In this document: positions 39,525 through 52,024 of the stretch, piece by piece
How the letters are laid out: the number at the start of each line of letters is the position of its first letter
How positions within the stretch are numbered: position 1 is the stretch's first letter
Assembly (NCBI GenBank): GCA_038087875.1
Contig: CM075993.1
Location: 3,040,001 to 3,104,000, forward strand
Direction of reading: 5' to 3'
DNA from: Malacoraja senta
Lineage: Eukaryota
DNA length: 64,000 nt
The notes under the pieces: model-generated
Told to the model about the DNA's origin: nothing
The model's input: the letters and a program-made list of their open reading frames with translations, nothing else
The model's database searches: none
Translations under genes and position numbers: made by a program

Positions 39525-39842
39525 GGCGGAACGGTGACGCAGCGGTAGAGTTACTGCCTTACAGCGTTTGCAGCGCCAGAGACCCGGGTTCTGTCCTGAC
39601 AACGTGTGCTGTCTGTACGGAGTTTGTACGTTCTCCCCATGACCTGCGTGGGTTTTCTCCGAGATCTTCGGTTTCCCCCCACACTCTAAAGACGTGCAGG
39701 TTTGTAGGTTAATTGGCTTGGTGTAAATGTAAATTGTGCTGAGTGTGTGTGTGCGTGTGGGATAGTGTTAATTTGCGGGGATCGCTGCCCGGTGCGGACT
39801 CGGTGGGATGAAGGGCCTGTTTCTCTAAAGTCTAAAGTCTAG
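39525..39842 (+). mobile_element. V-SINE
   Basis: tRNA head, V-domain, (ctaaagt)n tail. Confidence 0.85.
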
Positions 39843-41029
39843 ATGTGAATCACGACTTCTGTAATTCTGAGAAGTTTGTTGTCCCTGTAGTTTGAGCTCT
39901 GTAATGCATTCTCAGGTTAGTTAGGGCAAACACAATGTGGGAAAAAAAAAACAGAAGGCAAGATATTTTAGTGGGCATTTACTGGCACCGGCCAGAGAGA
40001 TGTTTATTCAATCTCTTTCTGGTTGGTTAAGTTGCACATAAGCTGGATGTTCAATTGCCTGAGGATCCCGCAAATGTGCCAGCTTATCCTTTCTGTTCGT
40101 CTCTCAGTAGAATAATTAACAAATTTCATTCTGTTTCCCCGAATTTACTTGGACACCAGCAGAATTCATCATCATGTGCTGTTTCTATTTATCTGTGCTT
40201 TGCATCCTAAACAGAGAAAAACACTGGAGTAAAGCCCCTGTCCCACTTAGGAGACCCAAACAGCAACCTCTGGTGACCTTGCCCGCCACTCAAAAAAAAA
40301 ATCAAGGTCGAGGTGACCTGCAACCTCCTACCACCTCCCACGCATATGTTGAAAACCTTCCTCGACTATGAAGAAAACCTGCGACTAAAAAATAATCGAT
40401 TTTTAAAACGGCAACCTATTTTTAGTCGAGACAATGTGATTGCTCTAACTCCAAATAATCACGTTTTATTGTTATCGGGAAAATAGAAATCGGAAACCCT
40501 TGTAGTTTTGCGTTGTTTTGGTTTTGAATATTTGAGTTGTCCAATCAATGTTCATTTATAATTATGTTCTCTAACCAGCAGATATTTTAATATATATATT
40601 TTTGTTATGTGGGAATAATGAGAAGGCTTTTCAACTGCACCAGTCCCATGTAATGGAAGAAATATTGACACAAACCTAAACTGGTTCTATTTCTGTGCTT
40701 ATAAAATATTAAAAGCATGGAATATAAATTAAAACAAGCAGAGGAGCAATGAAATATTTAGTCCAATATTCAGACTACCACAGGACATGTTTACTACCAT
40801 TTTGTTCCACTAAGATTCTAGATTCAAATCCATTCTTTCTTTGGACTAGATGAAGATAGCATCTAATCTCTCTTAAAATAGTTACTGTATAGAATGCTAA
40901 GATGGTCTCTTTTATCTCCAAATTTATTTGGACACGACTCAAATCCACCATGAGATGGTTTGAAGAATGGTTTCGACCCGAAACGTCACGCATTCCTTCT
41001 CTCCAGAGATGCTGACTCTCTGGGTAACA

Positions 41030-41740
41030 GGCCCAGTGCCGACAAACGTTCATCGTAGGTTAACCCACTCATTCCTGGGATCATTCTTGTAAATCTCCTC
41101 CGGACCCTCTCCAGAGCCAGCACATCCTTCCTCAGAAATGGTCCCCAAAATTGCTCACAATATTCCAAATGTGGCCTGACCAGTGCCTTATAGAGCATTA
41201 CATCCCTGTTTTTGTATTCCAGCCATCCTGAAATACAAGATTCAAGATCCAAGAGAGTTTATTGTCATGTGTCCCAGATAGGACAATGAAATTCTTGCTT
41301 TGCTTCAGCACAACAGAACATAGTAGGCATGAATACAAAACCGATCAGTGTGTCCATATACCATTATATAAATATATACACACATGAATAAATAAACTGA
41401 TAAAGTGCAAATAATGGGCTATTAATGTTCAGAGTTTTGTCCGAGCCAAGTTTAATAGCCTGATGGCTGTGGGGAAGTAGCTATTCCTGAACCTGGTCGT
41501 TGCAGTCTTCAGGCTCCTGTACCTTCTACCTGAAGGTAGCGGGGAGATGAGTGTGTGGCCAGGATGGTGTGGGTCCTTGATGATACTGCCAGCCTTTTTG
41601 AGGCAGCGACTGCGATAGATCCCCTCGATGGAAGGGAGGTCAGAGACGATGATGGACTGGGCAGTGTTTACTACTTTTTGTAGTCTTTTCCTCTCCAGGG
41701 CACTCAAGTTGCCGAAATAAATGCTAGCATTGAGTTTGCT
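41030..41740 (-). mobile_element. CR1 RT fragment interrupted by a Rex1/Babar 3' fragment (about 41237-41716)
   Basis: LYKALVRPHLEYCEQFW (CR1) and RKRLQKVVNTAQSII...AIRLLN (Rex1/Babar). Confidence 0.8.
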
Positions 41741-42004
41741 TTCTTTACTACCGATTCGACTTGCAGATTATAATTTTGGGAATCCTGCACCAGCACTCCC
41801 CAGTCCCTTTGCACCTCCGATTTCTGGATTCTCTCCCCATTTCGAAAATAGAGATCAGGATCTTAATTCAGTACGCCCTCCTAAAAGAGCAGTCCTGCAC
41901 CTCAGAGATTTGGCACGAACAACTCACTAATCTGGGCCTCCAGTTCAATTTATCCCACTCTCTCAGTGAGGGGAAACTCTGGAGGAAACCCACATGGTCA
42001 CACT

Positions 42005-42452
42005 AGACAATAGACAATAGACAATAGGTGCAGGAGTAGGCCATTCGGCCCTTCGAGCCAGCACCGCCATTCAATGTGATCATGGCTGATCATCCCCAAT
42101 CAGTACCCCGTTCCTGCCTTCTCCCCATATCCCCTGACTCCGCTATCTTTAAGAGCCCTATCTAGCTCTCTCTTGAAAGCATCCAGTGAACCGGCCTCCA
42201 CTGCCCTCTGAGGCAGAGAATTCCACAGACTCACCACTCTCTGTGAGAAAAAGTGTTTCATCATCTCCATTCGAAATGGCTTACCCCTTATCCTTAAACT
42301 GTGGCCCCCGGTTCTGGACTCCCCCAACATCGGGAACATGTTTCCTGCCTCCAGCGTGTCCCTTAACCCTTAACAATCTTATATGTTTCAAAAAGATCCC
42401 CTCTCATCCTTCTAAACCCTAGAGTGTACAAGCCCAGCCGCTCCATTCTCTC
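42005..42452 (-). mobile_element. CR1-type LINE 3' fragment inside a V-SINE
   Basis: MFPMLGESRTGGHSLRIRGKPF...WNSLPQRAVEAG; (tagacaa)n tail. Confidence 0.85.
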
Positions 42453-44510
42453 TTCACAGGGAAGAACATGCAAACTCCACACGGACAGCACCGGAGGTCA
42501 GCACCGAGCCGGGATCCCTGGCGCTACGAGGCACCACTGAGTTACTCCAGCACTTTGTGGTTCTCTCCAAATCCTAGCAGCTGCAGTTCCCAGTCTCTCT
42601 GTACAAGATTCTATTTTCTCAGCCACAGCTAGACTTTCCAGCTTCGAAGTAATTCTCCGAACACTGCCCATGTATTCTGTCAACAATGCTACCGAGAACC
42701 ATTTAGATTTAATTTTTCCACTTGTCGAGTAAGAAACTTCATTATCTCTGATAATCTAAAAATTGGCAAATGTAATCTTTGAATGTGCTAAAAGCTATCA
42801 TATTGTTTATTTGTGAAAAGGAAATGTAACAGTTCAATGTAATAGCCAAGCTGAAGTATATGTTATGGTTAATAACCAAGTGACAAAATTCTATTTTGTG
42901 ACTCAAAGGCTGAAAACTAATTTGACTTTCATTTAAAAACTAATTTAGCTTAGTAGCCCACATTTATACACTAATTGTGTTCCTTCTAATGTAAAATAAA
43001 TATCAACGCTTGGCTGGCTCCACTGTTAATCTGAGTTCTCCGACACTTTCTTAATAAGGTATTGTTAGGCGAAGGTGTTTTGAAATTCGGACGGGATTGG
43101 TCACTGTGCAATTAAATGCTGATTAAAAATACTGCTCTTCGACAGTTGAAGTGTGTCGCAGTGGCGCAGCGGGTGGAGCTGCTGCCTCCCGGCGCCAGAG
43201 ACCCGGATTTGATCCTGTCCTCGGGTGCTGCCTGTGCGGAGTTTGCACGTTCTCTCCGTGACCGCGTGAGTTTCCTTCGGGTGCTGGGGGTTTCCGTCAG
43301 GTCGGAGGGAAGAGGAGTAGAATTAGGCCATTCGGCCCATCAAGTGTACTCCGCCATTCAATCACGGCTGATCTATCTCTCCCTCCTAACCCCATTCTCC
43401 TGCCTTCTCCGCATATCCCAAAGACGTGTGGGTTTGCAGGTTGATTGGCGGCCTAGCGTGTAGGGAGTGGATGAGAGAGTGGGATAAGATAGAACAAGTG
43501 TGAGCAGGTGATCGATCATCGGCATTGACTTGGTTTCCATCTGTATCCCTAAACTAAATTGTCGACCGATGGAAGCATATTGGGCGGCACAGTGGCGCAG
43601 TGGTAGAGTTGCTGCCTTACAGCACCAGAGGAGGTAGTTGAGGCTGGGACTGTCCCAACATTTAAGAAACAGTTAGACAGGTACATGGATAGGACAGGTT
43701 TGGAGGGATACGGGACAAACGTGGTACAGGTGGGACTAGTGTAGATGGGACATGTTGGCCGGTGTGGGCAAGTTGGGCCGGAGGACCTATTCCCATGCTG
43801 TATCACTCTATGATTCTGTCTAAAATCAGCCTGATTAATTCCCACACATCGTCTGTGGACTTTCTGCCTCAGAGGGCGGTGGAGGCCGGTTCTCTGGATA
43901 TTTTCAAGAGAGAGCTAGATATGGCCCTTAAAGATAGCGGAGTCAGGGGATATGGGGAGAAGGCAGGAATGGGGTACTGATTGGGGATGATCAGCCATGA
44001 TCACATTGAATGGGCCGAATGTCCTACTCCTGCAATTATTGTCTATTGTCTAAACTTATGGTGAAACCAATATATCTCTAATGAGTTCAAATATGCGCCA
44101 ACATTTTCTTAGTCTTCCTTTTCCTCTTAAACGAGTTCCTCCTTCTCCCATTGCTTTCGGTGGCTGTTGTTACGGCTAATATCTAATTCAGTAACCCCTC
44201 TTGAGAGAGCAGTTCTGCACCACGATTCTTAAAAGCATCGCTGCTAACAACTGACTAATCTGGATGCGTCGGCTTATATAATTTGCTGATGGAAAGTTAA
44301 AAACAAGCTCCAGTTTTAATTCCGAGCGCTAGAAGTTGAAATGGAGCGAGGGAGCTTATATAGGGCGTCCCAGAGGTGCCACTCGTGAATTCTCATTTCC
44401 ATCTGCTAATTAGTCCCTTCGTTTGCAACTTGAGTCGAGGACTGGATCGACGGGAATCTGCGCGGAGAACTCCAGGAGCTGTGTGGGTTGTGAGAACGAG
44501 GGGAAGAATC

Positions 44511-44822
44511 GGGCGGCCACCGTGGCGCAGCGGTAGAGTCACTGCCTCACAGCGAATGCAGCACCGGAGACACGGGTTCGATCCCGACCACGGGTGCTGT
44601 CTGTACGGAGTTTGCACGTTCTCCCCGTGACCTGCGTGGCTTTTTCTCCGAGATCTTCGGATTCCTCCCACACTCCAAAGACGTGCAGGTTTGTAGGTTA
44701 ATTGCCTTGGTAAATGTAAACAATGTCCCTGGTGTGTGTAGGATGGTGTTAATGTGCGGGGATCGCTGGTCGGCGCAGAGGCGGTGGGCCGAAGGGCCTG
44801 TTACCGCGCTGTAAACTAAACA
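44511..44822 (+). mobile_element. V-SINE, full length
   Basis: A and B boxes, V-domain, tail. Confidence 0.9.
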
Positions 44823-45624
44823 AAAAAAAAGATTGGAATAGAAGGATCTCCTGTGGCGTTCTGTGCTGCATCTTGGTGGGACCATTCTGTAGCTGAAGTT
44901 GCTCCTCAAGCTGCCAGAGGAGATAATTGAGGCAGGGACTATTCCAATATTAAATAAAGTTAGGACAGGTTTGGAGGGATATGGACCAAGCGCAGGCAGG
45001 TGGGACTAGTGTAGCTGGGACATGTTGGCCGGTGTTGGCAAGTTGGGCCGAAGGGCCTTTTTCCACACTGTATCAGTCCATGACTGTGTCTGCCTTGTAA
45101 AAGTCTGCATTTGAGCATAATTTTTGCAGATGTGAAATGTGTACACAAGGTTGTGAAATGATGCCAAATTTCAACACTGTGGATCAGTAAAACCTTCTTA
45201 ATTATGAATAAGCCTCTCTCAATATTCGTACTTTTTTTTTCAGAGTTGCCTCGAAAGACTAATTAATCACAAGTATATAGGAGCTTAAAACTGCAAGACA
45301 TGCAAACGTCACAGAGTGTTGTTTTAGAATGAGTGATGTTGTGGTGGTGTTTGCAGACTATTTAATGGATGCAACATTTCACAGGGATATGAAGGCTTCC
45401 TATTATTCTTGAGTTACAAGGCAGCATGGAGTGTTGCTGGCTGCACAATGGGCTACTTAGTGTAAGGTGCAAGTTCAAATCCCACCACGGCAGCAAAAGA
45501 TTTTAAAATAGATTAGTTGAATCATTTTTGTGAAAATAGATGATATATCAGTGATGGTGAATAATTTTTCAAAACAGGGCTGAACTGGTTCATTAGGGAA
45601 GCTAATGGCACAACCCAATAGTCA

Positions 45625-46068
45625 ATAGACAATAGAGAATAGACAATCGGTGCAGGAGTAGGCTATTTGGCCCTTCGAGCCAGCACCGCCATTCAATGTG
45701 ATCATGGCTGATCAATCCCCAATCCCCAATGAGTCTGAAGAAGGGTTTCGGCCTGAAACGTTGCCTATTTCCTTCGCTCCATAGATGCTGCTGCACCCGC
45801 TGAGTTTCTCCAGCATTTTTGTGTACCATCCCCAATCAGTACCCTGTTCCTGCCTTCTCCCCATATCCCCTGACTCCGCTATTTTTAAGAGCCCTATCTG
45901 GCTCTCTCTTGAAAGCATCCAGAGAACCTGCCTCCACCGCCCTCTGAGGCAGAGAATTCCACAGACTCACCACTCTCTGTGAGAAAAAGTGTTTCTTCGT
46001 CTCCGTTCTAAATGGCTTACTCCTTATTCTTAAACTGTGGCCCCTGGTTCTGGACTCCCCCAACATCG
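45625..46068 (-). mobile_element. CR1 3' end interrupted by a Penelope terminal segment (about 45730-45827)
   Basis: CR1 peptide GESRTRGHSLRIR; atccccaat duplicated around the insert. Confidence 0.8.
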
Positions 46069-46369
46069 ATCACATCTTGTGTGGGAAAGGACTCTCAGGG
46101 GAGAAGGAATGGGTGACGTTTCGGGATACTAGGCGAACTGAGAACGGGTCTCGACCTGAAACGTCACGCATTCCTTCTATCCAAACTGCCGTACAGGTTT
46201 GTTGGTTAACGGACTTTGTATAAATGTAGGATAGTGTAAGTGTGCGGGGATCGCTGGTCGGCGCGGACTCAGTGGGCCAAAGTGCCTGTTTCCGCGCTGT
46301 ATCTCGAAACTAGACGGAACAAAACTAAACTAAACACCTCATCATTTCTAAGGGGAGTTCCTTCTTTCA

Positions 46370-46772
46370 GAGGAACGCCCTCTCATATTTCGCTTGGGCA
46401 GGTTACAACCCAGGGATATGAATATTGGTTTCTTCAACTTCAAGTAGCCCCGGCATTCCCTCTCTCCATCCCTCCCCCACCCAAGTCACACCAGCTTCTC
46501 GTTCTCACCCAGCAAACAGCTAACAATGGCTTCATGGTTTCCTTTATCATCATTACCTTTTTGCAAATCTTTCATTCATTTGTTCCACGTCTCTCTACAT
46601 CATCGTCTATATCTCTCGTCTCACTTTCCCTTGACTTTCTGTCTGAAGAAGGGTCTCGACCCAAAACGTCACCCATTCCTTCTGTCCAGAGATGCTGCCT
46701 GTCCCGCTGAGTTACACCAGCATTTTCTGTGTATCATCAGTTTAAACCAGCATCTGCAGTTCCTTCCTACAC
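46370..46772 (+). mobile_element. Penelope-like element 3' end
   Basis: Degenerate LIFRLG..QP.GMNI end, UTR and ctgaagaagggtctcgaccc motif. Confidence 0.75.
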
Positions 46773-46809
46773 AATTCTTTTCGTTACTGCTTTCTGGTAA
46801 CAAAACATA

Positions 46810-48418
46810 CAGTATTCATACCCCTTGAACTTTTCCACATTTTGTCACGTTACAACCACAAACGTAAATGTATTTTATTGGGATTTTATGTGATAGACCA
46901 ACACAAAGTGGCGCATAATTGTGAAGTGGAAGGAAAATGATACATGGTTTTCAAATTTTTTTACAAATAAAAAACTGAAAAGTGTGGCGTGCAAAAGTAT
47001 TCAGCCCCCTTTACTCTGATACCCCCTAAATAAAATCCAGTGCAACCAATTGCCTTCAGAAGTCACCTAATTAGTAAATAGAGTCCACTTGTGTGTAATC
47101 TAATCTCAGTATAAATACAGCTGTTCTGTGAAGGCTCAGAGGTTTGTTAGAGAACATTAGTGAAAAAACAGCATCATAAAGCCAAAGGAACACACCAGAC
47201 AGGTCAGGGATAAAGTTGTGGAGAAGTTTAAAGCAGGGTTAGGTTATAAACAAATATCCCAAGCTTTGAACATCTCACGGAGCACTGTTCAATCCATCAT
47301 CCGAAAATGGAAAAGAGTATGGCACAACTGCAAACCTACCAAGACATGGCCGTCCACCTAAACTGACAGGCCGGGCAAGGAGAAGCATTGATCAGAGAAG
47401 CAGCCAAGAGGCCCATGTAACTCTGGAGGAGCTGCAGAGATCCACAGCTCAGGTGGGAGAATCTGTCCACAGGACAACTATTAGTCGTGCACTCCACAAA
47501 TCGGGCCTTTATGGAAGAGTGGCAAGAAGAAAGCCATTGTTGAGAAAAAAGCCATAAGAAGTCCCGTTTGCAGTTTGCCACAAGCCATGTGGGGACACAG
47601 CAAACATGTGGAGTAAGGTGCTCTGGTCAGATGAGACCAAAATTGAAGTTTTTGGCCTAAATGCAAAACGCTATGTGTGGCGGAACCTAACACTGCACAT
47701 CACCCTGAACACACCATCCCCACTGTGAAACATGGTGTGGTGGCTAGCATCATGCTGTGGGGATGCTTTTCTTCAGCAGGGACAGGGAAGCTGGTCAGAG
47801 TTGATGGGAAGATGGAATGGAGCTCAAATACAGGGCAATCTTGGAAGCAAACCTGTTAGAGTCTGCAAAAGACTTGAGACTGGGGCGGAGGTTCACCTTC
47901 CAGCAGGACAACGACCCTAAACATACAGCAGAGCTACAATGGAATGGTTTAGATCAAAGCATATTCATGTGTTAGAATGGCCCAGTCAAAGTCCAGACCT
48001 AAATCCAATTGAGAATCTCTGGCAAGACTTGAAAATTGCTGTTCACAGACGCTCTCCATCCAATCTGACTGAGCTTGAGCTATTTTGCAAAGAAGAATGG
48101 GCAAAAATTTCAGTCCCTAGATGTGCAAAGCTGGTAGAGACATACCCCAAAAGACTTGCAGCTGTAATTGCAGCGAAAGGTGGTTCTACAAAGTATTGAC
48201 TCAGGGGGGCTGAATACCTTTGCACGTGGCACTTTTCAGTTTTTTATTTGTAAAAAAATTTGAAAACCATGTATCATTTTCCTTCCACTTCACAATTATG
48301 CGCCACTTTGTGTTGGTCTATCACATAAAATCCAACTAAAAATACATTTACGTTTGTGGTTGTAACGTGACAAAATGTGGAAAAGTTCAAGGGGTATGAA
48401 TACTTTTGCAAGCCACTG
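46810..48418 (+). mobile_element. Tc1/mariner transposon, Passport-like, near full length
   Basis: About 200-bp inverted repeats with internal direct repeats, TA at 46808-46809 and 48419-48420; left TIR lacks about 13 bp near its start. Confidence 0.93.
47176..48199 (+). pseudogene. Tc1 DDE transposase, frameshifted, start codon ATA
   Basis: Motifs [33 protein letters not shown] and C-terminus [12 protein letters not shown] across several frames. Confidence 0.92.
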
Positions 48419-49011
48419 TATATAATAAAAAATCCTGATGTGTCAAAATTGGTGCAGTTTCAATTCAACTCGTGATCTTATTAATTATTTATTTGTATTC
48501 ATTTTAAGATTCTGTTTTGTGTCTAATTCTCTCCTGTTCCCTTGTATGGTGCATTATATTAGTGCAGAATTTCCCACAGATGTATTTTAAAGAGAAAGAT
48601 CATGAGATGTGGTCAAAATTGCAAATTATTCTTCAATCATTCAAAAATCTCATTCATTCAGTTTCTATATAAAATTGTTCGTCTCATGCTACCACTTATT
48701 GTTCACCTTCAATTGTCGCTTGAACTGAATGGATTTCGATGGCATAGCCTTGTGCAGGAGGTCTGGAGTCATCGCAGTCTTCGATAGACAATGTTCATTA
48801 CTACTGATCATGCATCATCAGACTCGATGTCCTACACTACAGCAGTCCTTCTTGTCTACTGGCGTGGCCCCGATGGGCCGAAGGGCCCGCTTACCCTCTA
48901 TCCCTAAACTAAACCAAACTATCTACTGAGCCCACCATCGGCTGAGTGTCTCCATCTTGTAGCCCTGGCCATGGGATGGAGTCAACCTAAATGGGGCCAA
49001 GGCCTCCTAGG

Positions 49012-49297
49012 AGCGGCACAGTGGCGCAGCGGTAGAGTTGCTGCCTCACAGCGCCAGGGACCAGGAGTTCGATCCCGACTACGGGCGCTGTCGGTTATTC
49101 TCCGGGTGCTCCGGTTTCCTCCCACACTCCAGCGACGTGCAGGTTTGTAGGTTAATTGGCTTCTGTAAAAACTGTCCCTAGTGTGTAGGATCGTGTTAGT
49201 GTGCGGGGATCGCTGGTTGGCGAGGACTCGGTGGGCCGAAGGGCCTGTTTCCATGCTGCACAGTATCTCTAAACTAAGCTAAACTAAACTAAACTAG
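49012..49297 (+). mobile_element. V-SINE with internal deletion
   Basis: A and B boxes, (ctaaa)n tail. Confidence 0.85.
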
Positions 49298-49444
49298 ACC
49301 TTAGGTGACAGAGAGACACAAAATACTGGAGTAAACTCAGCGGGTCAGGAATAATCTATCCATGTTCCCCAGAGATGCTGCTTGACCCGCTGAGTTGCTC
49401 CAGCATTTTGTGTCTATCTTTGATATAAACCAGCATCTGCAGTT

Positions 49445-49868
49445 TCTCCCTCTCCCTCTCCTCTCCACCCTTTCCCTCTCCCTCTCCCTCTCCCTCTCTC
49501 ACTCCCTCTCCCTCTCCCTCTCCCTCTATCCCCCTCTCCCTCTATCCCCCTCTTTCCCTCTCCCTCTCATCCCTCTTATCCCCCTCTCCTCTCTCCTCTC
49601 CTCTTCCCCTCTCCTCTATCCCCCTCTCCCTCTCCCCCCTTGTCCCTCTTCCTCTCTCTCTCCCTCACTCCCTTTTCCCTCCCTCTCCCTCTCCCTCTCC
49701 TCTCCCTCTCTCTCTCTCTCCCTCACCCTCTCCCCTCTATCCCCTTCTCCCCCTCTCCCTCTCCCTCTCCCTCTCCCTCTCCCTCTCCCTCTCCTCTCTC
49801 TCTCCCTCCCCCCCCCTCTCTTTCTCTCTCCTCTCCCTTTCCCTCTTTCCCTCCCTCTTCCACTTCCC
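49445..49868. repeat. Polypyrimidine low-complexity tract, (ccctct)n-like
   Basis: About 420 bp almost entirely C/T. Confidence 0.95.
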
Positions 49869-50227
49869 ATCACTGTGCTTGCATTGTTCCGTTGCCAGGG
49901 AGTCAAACAGGAACTTAATCCGCCAGGGAGCACAAACAATTGATGTGAGCCTTGTGCAGAGCATAAAACCCAGTGTGGGTCTGATGAACTCATGCCTGTG
50001 TCTGCAGTGAATACTACAAGGTATTAAGAGATTGGATTTTGAATAAAATGTCCTTTGCATATTAACAGGAGATAACACTGGCCTGCAGCGGGACTAGTCG
50101 ACGTTAATGTTGGATGACTTTTCAACATCCACGCTATTATTAAGTGGGACAACAAATTAAATAATTCGATGAGAATATGGAGCATAAAAATAGCTGGCAA
50201 AGTTCAAGGGACACAATTGAAAGTTAC

Positions 50228-50955
50228 AATAGACAACAGACAATAGGTGCAGGAGTAGGACATTTGGCCCTTCGAGCCAGCACCGCCATTCAATGTGGTC
50301 ATGGCTGATCATCCCCAATCAGTACCCCGTTCCTGCCTTCTCCCCATATCCCCTGACTCCGCTATCTTTAAGAGCCCTATCCAGCTCTCGCTTGAAAGCA
50401 TCCAGAGAACCTGCCTCCACCGCCCTCTGAGGCAGAGAATTCCACACACTCACAACTCTCTGTGAGAAAAAGTATTTTACCAAATGATGAAAGGCTTGGA
50501 TAGAGTGGATGTGGAGAAAATAACATGACAAGCGTTTGTCGGCACTGGGCCTGTATTCGTTGGAGTTTAGAAGGACGAAGGGGGTACCTCATTGAAACTG
50601 ACCGAATAGTGAAAGGCTTGGATGTGGAGAGGATTTTTCCACTCGTGGGAGAGTCTAGGACTAGAAGCCACAGCCTCAGGATTAAAGGACGTTCCTTTAA
50701 GAAGATGAGGAGGAATTTCTTTAGTCAGTGGGTGGTGAATCTGTGGAATTCATTCCCACAGAAAGCTGTGGAGGCCAAGTCAATGGATGTATTTAAGGCA
50801 GAGATAGATAGATTCTTGATTAGTACGGGTGTCAGGGTTATGGGCAGAAGGCAGGAGAATGGGGTTAGGAGGGAGAGGTAGATCAGCCATGATTGAATGG
50901 CAGAGTGGACTTGATGGGCCGAATGTCCTAATTCTACTCCTATTCCTTATGACCT
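50228..50955. mobile_element. Two opposed CR1 3' fragments
   Basis: Minus-strand copy 50228-50472 and plus-strand copy 50485-50955 with RRNFFSQWVVNLWNSFP. Confidence 0.8.
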
Positions 50956-51009
50956 ATCACTCTGTCTCCTCATTGGTACCATAGCAACATTTAATAGACA
51001 AAATGTTTT

Positions 51010-51377
51010 GAGAAGGAACTGCAGATGCTGGAAAATCGAAGGTAGACAAAAATGCTGGAGAAACTCAGCGGGTGCAGCAGCATCTATGGAGCGAAGGAGA
51101 TAGGCTGGGTCAAGATTAGAAAATTGTACTTGGCAATTAGCTCGGAGCTGAGAAATTCACCAGCCTGTGTTATGTGGTTCCTTTGTCAATCAGTGGCTAG
51201 GAAATCTATCTGGAGAAACTCAGCGGGTGCAGCAGCATCTATGGAGCGAAGGAAATAGGCAACGTTTCGGGTCGAAACCCTTCTGATGGGGTGCGAGAGA
51301 TATTTATTGTTGCCTATTTCCTTCGCTCCATAGATGCTGGCTCACCCGCTGAGTTTCTCCAGCATTTTTGTCTACCT
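51010..51377. mobile_element. Penelope-derived composite carrying a copy of 56058-56167
   Basis: 51101-51210 is the reverse complement of the flank of the 55840 element. Confidence 0.8.
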
Positions 51378-51768
51378 GACATTTATAGAAATTGAACATA
51401 GACATGGATAGGAACGGTTCAGTGGGATTTGGGTCAAACGTGGGCCAGGTGGGATTAGAATTTGTGTGAAGGGATGGTTGATGGTTGGCACGGACTCAGT
51501 GGGCTGAAAGGCCCGGTTATCCTGCTGTATCCCTAAATGTATAAAATATTCAACTTCATTGGAGTATTATTTCTCCCGTGTTCAGTCAATAAATCGACTC
51601 CAGTGTTGGTGGTGGGAGGAAATGCTGGCAATCACTTTAAATCACCAAACACAGATATCCCACAGAATAACTTCAGGACAGGATGTTCTGTGAAATTAAT
51701 AAGTTTACAATCTTCCTAATATATAATACTCTCTACATATTTGGCATTGTGCGTTTGCTCAGGGTAAT

Positions 51769-52024
51769 GGCCCTGTCCCACTGTACGAGCTAATTCAAGA
51801 GTTCTCCCGAGTTTGCCCTGATTGATCGACTCGGAGAATTACGGTAATGGCCGCTCGTCGGTACTCGGGCTCTCGTGGACATTTTTCAACGACTTCACGA
51901 GTCTTCACGAGCTTACCGCGGTTTCCCGAGTACCTGCCGTTAGCGTTGCGAGCCGCTAAGAGACGTCCCGAGCTCCGACGTACCCGCTACGTACATTCTA
52001 CGTGCTTCCACGAGTTTGATTTTA
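51769..52024. mobile_element. Harbinger-type MITE, right end truncated by CR1 sequence
   Basis: Left terminus ggccctgtcccactgtacgag; body matches the 26374 family. Confidence 0.75.

Noticed and set aside
44270..44400. TATA-like motifs (ttatataa, ttatatag) as a promoter
   Set aside because: No downstream exon or other support; such motifs are common by chance.
49395..50078. Pro/Ser/Leu-rich and Arg/Glu/Gly-rich ORFs
   Set aside because: Products of the polypyrimidine tract.
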